DNA of 35,415 bases. Source: a virus. Taxonomy: Duplodnaviria; Heunggongvirae; Uroviricota; Caudoviricetes. Location of the stretch: IMG/VR virus record IMGVR_UViG_2711768052_000009; one strand, 5' to 3'. Made by a program: the position numbers and the translations under genes. Shown here piece after piece: positions 30,645 to 35,415 of this stretch; the first letter of the stretch is position 1, and the number at the start of each line of letters is the position of its first letter. The notes below the pieces were generated by a model. The model was not told the origin of the DNA. It saw nothing but the letters and a program-made list of their open reading frames with translations, and made no database searches.

Positions 30645-30935
30645 ATGACAACCGGCGGCCATCCACCGCCTGAATACGCGCAGAAGTCTCTATATGTTCA
30701 GCAGCCCAGCTTACGGGCAGGAGTTTTTATGGTTCATCAACATTATGGAACGCAGACCGTTAATCGAGGTGCGGTCATGCCAGGAATGCTGGTCAAACAC
30801 AAAGATGGTACCTGGACTGCATCAGCTAATTTACGCGGACGGCTTTATCTGCATCGCGGCATCGAGCGCACTTATACCCGTGATTTGCTCGTGGAAGTTT
30901 TTCTCGACGGACGCGGTAACGGCCTGAATCACTAA
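30645..30935 (+). CDS. Hypothetical protein, first gene of the PL operon (occupies the N/kil position); possible upstream GTG start at 30558
   Basis: ATG at 30645 gives 96 aa ([48 protein letters not shown]...); the frame is open upstream, and GTG 30558 (GGGGAG SD 8 nt upstream) would add an Arg-rich segment VKRTRERRCDQLKS. No family recognised. Confidence 0.5.
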   Translation: MTTGGHPPPEYAQKSLYVQQPSLRAGVFMVHQHYGTQTVNRGAVMPGMLVKHKDGTWTASANLRGRLYLHRGIERTYTRDLLVEVFLDGRGNGLNH

Positions 30936-31010
30936 TCCCCTTTCCTGTTTTCCTAATCAGCCTGGCATTTCGCGGGCGATATTTTCACAGCCATTTTCAG
31001 GAGGTCAGCC

Positions 31011-31307
31011 ATGAACGCTTATTACATTCAGGATCGTCTTGAGGCTCAGAGCTGGGCGCGTCACTACCAGCAGATCGCCCGTGAAGAGAAAGAGGCAGAA
31101 CTGGCAGACGACATGGAAAAAGGCCTGCCCCAGCACCTGTTTGAATCGCTATGCATCGATCATTTGCAACGCCACGGGGCCAGCAAAAAAGCCATTACCC
31201 GTGCGTTTGATGACGATGTTGAGTTTCAGGAGCGCATGGCAGAACACATCCAGTACATGGTTGAAACCATTGCTCACCACCAGGTTGATATTGATTCAGA
31301 GGTATAA
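31011..31307 (+). CDS. gam: Gam, short form (RecBCD inhibitor GamS)
   Basis: 98 aa, [56 protein letters not shown]...; matches the lambda Gam C-terminal 98 aa; AGGAGG RBS upstream; an in-frame stop at 30954 precludes a long form. Confidence 0.9.
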   Translation: MNAYYIQDRLEAQSWARHYQQIAREEKEAELADDMEKGLPQHLFESLCIDHLQRHGASKKAITRAFDDDVEFQERMAEHIQYMVETIAHHQVDIDSEV

Positions 31308-31312
31308 AACGG

Positions 31313-32098
31313 ATGAGTACAGCACTCGCAACGCTGGCAGGGAAGCTGGCTGAACGTGTCGGCATGGATTCTGTCGACCCACAGGAACTGATCACCACTC
31401 TTCGCCAGACGGCATTTAAAGGTGATGCCAGCGATGCGCAGTTCATCGCATTACTGATCGTTGCCAACCAGTACGGCCTTAATCCATGGACGAAAGAAAT
31501 TTACGCCTTTCCTGATAAGCAGAATGGCATCGTTCCGGTGGTGGGCGTTGATGGCTGGTCCCGCATCATCAATGAAAACCAGCAGTTTGATGGCATGGAC
31601 TTTGAGCAGGACAACGAATCCTGTACATGCCGGATTTACCGCAAGGACCGCAATCATCCGATCTGCGTTACCGAGTGGATGGATGAATGCCGCCGCGAAC
31701 CATTCAAAACCCGCGAAGGCAGAGAAATTACGGGGCCGTGGCAGTCGCATCCCAAACGGATGTTACGGCATAAAGCCATGATTCAGTGTGCCCGTCTGGC
31801 CTTCGGATTTGCTGGTATCTATGACAAGGATGAAGCCGAGCGCATTGTCGAAAATACCGCATACACTGCAGAACGTCAGCCGGAACGCGACATCACTCCG
31901 GTTAACGATGAAACCATGCAGGAGATTAACACTCTGCTGATTGCCCTGGATAAAACATGGGATGACGACTTATTGCCGCTCTGTTCCCAGATATTTCGCC
32001 GCGACATTCGCGCATCGTCAGAACTGACACAGGCCGAAGCAGTGAAAGCTCTTGGATTCCTGAAACAGAAAGCCTCTGAGCAGAAGGTGGCTGCATGA
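31313..32098 (+). CDS. bet: Bet (Red-beta single-strand annealing protein)
   Basis: 261 aa, [66 protein letters not shown]...; matches lambda Bet. Confidence 0.94.
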   Translation: MSTALATLAGKLAERVGMDSVDPQELITTLRQTAFKGDASDAQFIALLIVANQYGLNPWTKEIYAFPDKQNGIVPVVGVDGWSRIINENQQFDGMDFEQDNESCTCRIYRKDRNHPICVTEWMDECRREPFKTREGREITGPWQSHPKRMLRHKAMIQCARLAFGFAGIYDKDEAERIVENTAYTAERQPERDITPVNDETMQEINTLLIALDKTWDDDLLPLCSQIFRRDIRASSELTQAEAVKALGFLKQKASEQKVAA

Positions 32099-32775
32099 CA
32101 CCGGACATTATCCTGCAGCGTACCGGGATCGACGTGAGAGCTGTCGAACAGGGAGATGATGCGTGGAACAAATTACGACTCGGCGTCATCACGGCTTCAG
32201 AAGTTCACAATGTGATAGCAAAACCCCGCTCCGGAAAAAAGTGGCCTGACATGAAAATGTCCTACTTTCACACCCTGCTGGCTGAGATTTGCACCGGTGT
32301 GGCTCCGGAAGTTAACGCTAAGGCGCTGGCCTGGGGAAAACAGTACGAGAATGACGCCAGAGCCCTGTTTGAGTTTACTTCCGGCGTGAATGTTACTGAA
32401 TCCCCGATCATCTATCGCGACGAAAGTATGCGCACCGCCTGCTCTCCCGATGGTTTATGCAGTGACGGCAACGGCCTTGAACTGAAATGCCCGTTTACCT
32501 CCCGGGATTTCATGAAATTCCGGCTCGGTGGTTTCGAGGCAATAAAATCGGCTTACATGGCCCAGGTGCAGTACAGCATGTGGGTGACGCGAAAAGATGC
32601 CTGGTACTTTGCCAACTATGACCCGCGTATGAAGCGTGAAGGCCTGCATTATGTCGTGATTGAGCGGAATGAAAAGTATATAGCGAGTTTTGACGAGATG
32701 GTGCCGGAGTTCATCGAAAAAATGGACGAGGCACTGGCTGAAATTGGTTTTGTATTTGGGGAGCAATGGCGATGA
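32095..32775 (+). CDS. exo: Exo (lambda 5'-3' exonuclease, Red-alpha)
   Basis: 226 aa, [54 protein letters not shown]...; matches lambda Exo; ATGA overlap with bet. Confidence 0.94.
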   Translation: MTPDIILQRTGIDVRAVEQGDDAWNKLRLGVITASEVHNVIAKPRSGKKWPDMKMSYFHTLLAEICTGVAPEVNAKALAWGKQYENDARALFEFTSGVNVTESPIIYRDESMRTACSPDGLCSDGNGLELKCPFTSRDFMKFRLGGFEAIKSAYMAQVQYSMWVTRKDAWYFANYDPRMKREGLHYVVIERNEKYIASFDEMVPEFIEKMDEALAEIGFVFGEQWR

Positions 32776-32954
32776 AACATCCTCACGATAATATCCGCGT
32801 AGGCACGATCACTTTCGTCTACTCCGTTACGAAGCGAGGCTGGGTATTTCCCGGCCTTTCTGTTATCCGAAATCCCCTGAAAGCACAGCGGCTGGCTGAG
32901 GAGATAAATAATAAACGGGGAGCTGTATGCACAAAGCATCTCCCGTTGAGTTAA
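32766..32954 (+). CDS. Lambda orf60a-like small protein
   Basis: 62 aa, [62 protein letters not shown]; recalled as a lambda b-region ORF adjacent to exo. Confidence 0.7.
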   Translation: MAMKHPHDNIRVGTITFVYSVTKRGWVFPGLSVIRNPLKAQRLAEEINNKRGAVCTKHLPLS

Positions 32955-33118
32955 GAACGAGTATCGAGATGGCACATAGCCTCGCTCAAATTGGAGTCAG
33001 GTTTGTGCCAATACCAGTAGAAACAGACGAAGAATTTCATACGTTAGCCGCATCCCTTTCACAAAAGCTGGAAATGATGGTGGCGAAAGCAGAAGCAGAT
33101 GAGAGAGACCAGGTATGA
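32927..33118 (+). CDS. Lambda orf63-like small protein
   Basis: 63 aa, [63 protein letters not shown]. Confidence 0.7.
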   Translation: MHKASPVELRTSIEMAHSLAQIGVRFVPIPVETDEEFHTLAASLSQKLEMMVAKAEADERDQV

Positions 33119-33198
33119 CAACCACGGAATGCATTTTTCTGGCAGCGGGCTTCATATTCTGTGTGCTTATGCTTGCCGACATGGGACTTGTTCAATGA
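33115..33198 (+). CDS. Candidate small hydrophobic peptide (27 aa), translationally coupled
   Basis: Not in the ORF track. ATG 33115 overlaps the orf63 stop (ATGA) and its stop overlaps the next ATG (33195); translation MTTTECIFLAAGFIFCVLMLADMGLVQ, one predicted TM helix. Confidence 0.4.
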   Translation: MTTTECIFLAAGFIFCVLMLADMGLVQ

Positions 33199-33410
33199 CA
33201 CCTCAGCAGGAAAACGCCCTTCGCAGCATTGCCCGTCAGGCTAATTCTGAAATCAAAAAAGCCAGACAGCAGTTTCCGGATAAAAACGTCGATGACATTT
33301 GCCGTAGCGTACTGAAGAAGCACCGCGAAACGGTAACGCTGATGGGATTCACACCGACTCATTTAAGCCTGGCGATCGGCATGTTAAACGGCGTCTTTAA
33401 GGAACGGTGA
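33195..33410 (+). CDS. Lambda orf61-like small protein
   Basis: 71 aa from ATG 33195: MTPQQENALRSIARQANSEIKKARQQFPDKNVDDICRSVLKKHRETVTLMGFTPTHLSLAIGMLNGVFKER. Confidence 0.65.
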   Translation: MTPQQENALRSIARQANSEIKKARQQFPDKNVDDICRSVLKKHRETVTLMGFTPTHLSLAIGMLNGVFKER

Positions 33411-33431
33411 ACATGAAAAGCAAAATCATCA

Positions 33432-33455
33432 GGGAGCTACAGGCTCCTTTTTTAT
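33432..33455 (+). terminator. Rho-independent terminator
   Basis: GGAGCtacagGCTCC hairpin (33433-33447) followed by TTTTTTATTG. Confidence 0.65.
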
Positions 33456-33508
33456 TGTTCGCATTCATCCTCAAGCGTATTAACCAACAATTCAGGGATT
33501 AATGGAAG

Positions 33509-33727
33509 ATGGCAGACATCATTGATTCGGCATCAGAAATCGAAGAATTACAGCGCAATACAGCAATAAAAATGCGTCGTCTGAACTACCAGACTGTATC
33601 CGCAACTCATTGTTGTGAGTGTGGCGATCCGATAGATGAGCGAAGACGCCTGGCTGTTCAGGGTTGTCGGACTTGTGCAAGTTGCCAGGAGGAGATCGAA
33701 CTTAAGAACAAACAATGGGGACTGTGA
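33509..33727 (+). CDS. TraR/DksA-family C4 zinc-finger protein
   Basis: 72 aa, MADIIDSASEIEELQRNTAIKMRRLNYQTVSATHCCECGDPIDERRRLAVQGCRTCASCQEEIE; CxxC...CxxC pairs; acidic N-terminal region. Confidence 0.75.
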   Translation: MADIIDSASEIEELQRNTAIKMRRLNYQTVSATHCCECGDPIDERRRLAVQGCRTCASCQEEIELKNKQWGL

Positions 33728-33774
33728 TGGCCTCAAAGCAGCAAATTTCAACATCGCCCAACTGAGGTGTAAAA

Positions 33775-34053
33775 ATGTTCAGAATCATTTTTCCTAACAC
33801 CTGGTACGTCGACCACCACGGCACTCCCTGCAAAATCCTGCGTTCTACCCACAACAAAGTTCACTACATCCGAAAAGGCAGAACATGTATCGCCAGCATG
33901 TTCCGCTTTAATCATGACTTTGAACCTGTGAATAAAGCTGATGCAGATCGGATAGCAGAAGAGATCGAAACGGCAGAACACATTAAGAAGTTACGTGACA
34001 TGCGTTCAAAAAGCAGAGGTAACCATGGAATCATACAGCCTCACACTCGATGA
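33775..34053 (+). CDS. Hypothetical protein
   Basis: 92 aa, ATG 33775 with GAGGTG RBS: MFRIIFPNTWYVDHHGTPCKILRSTHNKVHYIRKGRTCIASMFRFNHDFEPVNKADADRIAEEIE...; no family recognised. Confidence 0.5.
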   Translation: MFRIIFPNTWYVDHHGTPCKILRSTHNKVHYIRKGRTCIASMFRFNHDFEPVNKADADRIAEEIETAEHIKKLRDMRSKSRGNHGIIQPHTR

Positions 34054-34396
34054 GGCCTGTCAGTTTCTTAAGATATCCAGACCAACCGCCACCAACTGGA
34101 TACGAACAGGCCGCCTACAGGCAACACGTAAAGATCCAACCAAGCCAAAATCTCCTTACCTCACAACACGGCAAGCCTGCATTGCGGCGCTTCAGTCTCC
34201 GCTGCATACTGTCCAGGTGAGCGCGGGTGATGGCATAACAGAGGAAAGAAAATGTCACTCTTCCGCAGAAATGAAATATGGTATGCCTCGTATTCGCTCC
34301 CGGGCGGGAAACGAATTAAGGAATCTCTTGGCACAAAGGACAAGCGGCAAGCTCAGGAGTTGCACGACAAGCGAAAAGCAGAACTCTGGCGAGTAG
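34025..34396 (+). CDS. xis: Excisionase candidate (AlpA/Xis-type HTH)
   Basis: From ATG 34025: [37 protein letters not shown]...; HTH typical of excisionase/AlpA family; position immediately upstream of and overlapping int. The long C-terminal extent overlapping int by about 145 nt is doubtful. Confidence 0.55.
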   Translation: MESYSLTLDEACQFLKISRPTATNWIRTGRLQATRKDPTKPKSPYLTTRQACIAALQSPLHTVQVSAGDGITEERKCHSSAEMKYGMPRIRSRAGNELRNLLAQRTSGKLRSCTTSEKQNSGE

Positions 34397-35415
34397 AAAA
34401 GCTAGGGGATTTACCTGATGTCACTTTTGAAGAGGCCTGCCTAAGATGGCTTGAGGAAAAAGCTGATAAAAAATCTCTCGATTCAGATAAAAGCCGGATT
34501 GAGTTCTGGCTTGAACATTTTGAGGGTATAAGGCTTAAAGATATCTCGGAGGCAAAGATTTACTCTGCTGTAAGCAGAATGCATAACAGAAAGACGAAAG
34601 AAATATGGAAACAGAAAGTTCAGGCCGCCATCAGGAAAGGTAAAGAACCGCCTGTTTATGAACCAAAGCCAGTATCAACTCAGACAAAGGCAAAGCATCT
34701 TGCCATGATAAAGGCCATTCTCCGTGCTGCAGAACGCGACTGGAAGTGGCTGGAAAAAGCGCCTGTCATCAAGATACCAGCGGTCAGAAACAAGCGAGTC
34801 AGATGGCTGGAAAAGGAGGAAGCAAAACGCCTTATTGATGAGTGCCCCGAACCACTGAAATCTGTCGTCAAGTTTGCGCTGGCAACTGGTCTGAGAAAGT
34901 CGAACATCATAAATCTGGAATGGCAACAAATCGACATGCAGCGACGAGTTGCCTGGGTGAATCCAGAAGAGAGCAAATCAAACCGCGCCATTGGTGTGGC
35001 GCTGAACGATACCGCCTGTAAAGTGTTGCGTGATCAAATAGGCAAGCATCACAAATGGGTGTTTGTACATACCAAGGCGGCTAAGCGAGCAGATGGAACA
35101 TCAACGCCTGCGGTCAGGAAGATGCGCATCGACAGCAAGACATCATGGCTATCAGCTTGTCGTCGTGCAGGAATTGAAGATTTCCGTTTCCATGACCTCA
35201 GACACACCTGGGCAAGCTGGCTGATTCAGTCAGGCGTCCCATTATCAGTGCTTCAGGAAATGGGCGGATGGGAGTCCATAGAAATGGTTCGTAGGTATGC
35301 TCACCTTGCGCCTAATCATTTGACAGAGCATGCGAGGAAAATAGACGACATTTTTGGTGATAATGTCCCAAATATGTCCCACTCTGGAATTATGGAGGAT
35401 ATAAAGAAGGCGTAA
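34252..35415 (+). CDS. int: Tyrosine site-specific integrase (DLP12 IntD-like)
   Basis: 387 aa, [50 protein letters not shown]...; catalytic motifs HDLRHT and VRRYAHL (Tyr); GAGGA RBS; stop TAA at the window end. Confidence 0.92.
   Translation: MSLFRRNEIWYASYSLPGGKRIKESLGTKDKRQAQELHDKRKAELWRVEKLGDLPDVTFEEACLRWLEEKADKKSLDSDKSRIEFWLEHFEGIRLKDISEAKIYSAVSRMHNRKTKEIWKQKVQAAIRKGKEPPVYEPKPVSTQTKAKHLAMIKAILRAAERDWKWLEKAPVIKIPAVRNKRVRWLEKEEAKRLIDECPEPLKSVVKFALATGLRKSNIINLEWQQIDMQRRVAWVNPEESKSNRAIGVALNDTACKVLRDQIGKHHKWVFVHTKAAKRADGTSTPAVRKMRIDSKTSWLSACRRAGIEDFRFHDLRHTWASWLIQSGVPLSVLQEMGGWESIEMVRRYAHLAPNHLTEHARKIDDIFGDNVPNMSHSGIMEDIKKA

Noticed and set aside
33413-33502. 29-aa ORF (MKSKIIRELQAPFLLFAF...) between orf61 and the TraR-like gene
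   Set aside because: Overlaps a strong terminator hairpin and T-run; more likely the transcript 3' end than a gene.

Overview
The window is almost entirely one lambdoid prophage, inverted relative to the conventional lambda map. No searches were run; gene calls rest on reading the ORF translations against remembered lambda / DLP12 / phage 21 proteins and on motifs visible in the sequence. Layout: 1-14.7 kb holds lambda-type tail, head and packaging genes (K, L, M, H, G/T with a -1 frameshift site, V, U, Z, FII, FI, E, D, C/Nu3, B, W, A, Nu1) on the minus strand; cos is at about 14.75-14.87 kb; bor and a small RHH-like gene are on the plus strand; the lysis cassette at 15.9-17.1 kb pairs lambda-type Rz/Rz1 with a phage-21-type SAR endolysin and pinholin; an intact OmpC-family porin gene sits antisense between S and Q; Q and a DLP12-like nin region (ylcG, rusA, ybcO, ninE, ybcN, ylcH) follow; an AT-rich cargo block carries ybcM, ybcL, a large serine recombinase and emrE; then ren, P, O with ori iterons, a YdaT-like gene in the cII position, cro, and the OR/PR/PRM region. 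On the plus strand are cI, a two-gene operon in the rexA/rexB position, a terminator, a PL/OL candidate, an unassigned ORF, gam, bet, exo, small lambda b-region ORFs, a TraR-like zinc-finger gene, an excisionase candidate and a DLP12-type tyrosine integrase ending at the window edge. The most interesting element is that rex-position operon: a minimal Hanks-type Ser/Thr kinase translationally coupled to a PP2C-family phosphatase, which I propose as a candidate lysogen-expressed phage-exclusion module. No tRNA, rRNA, CRISPR array or IS element was recognised.
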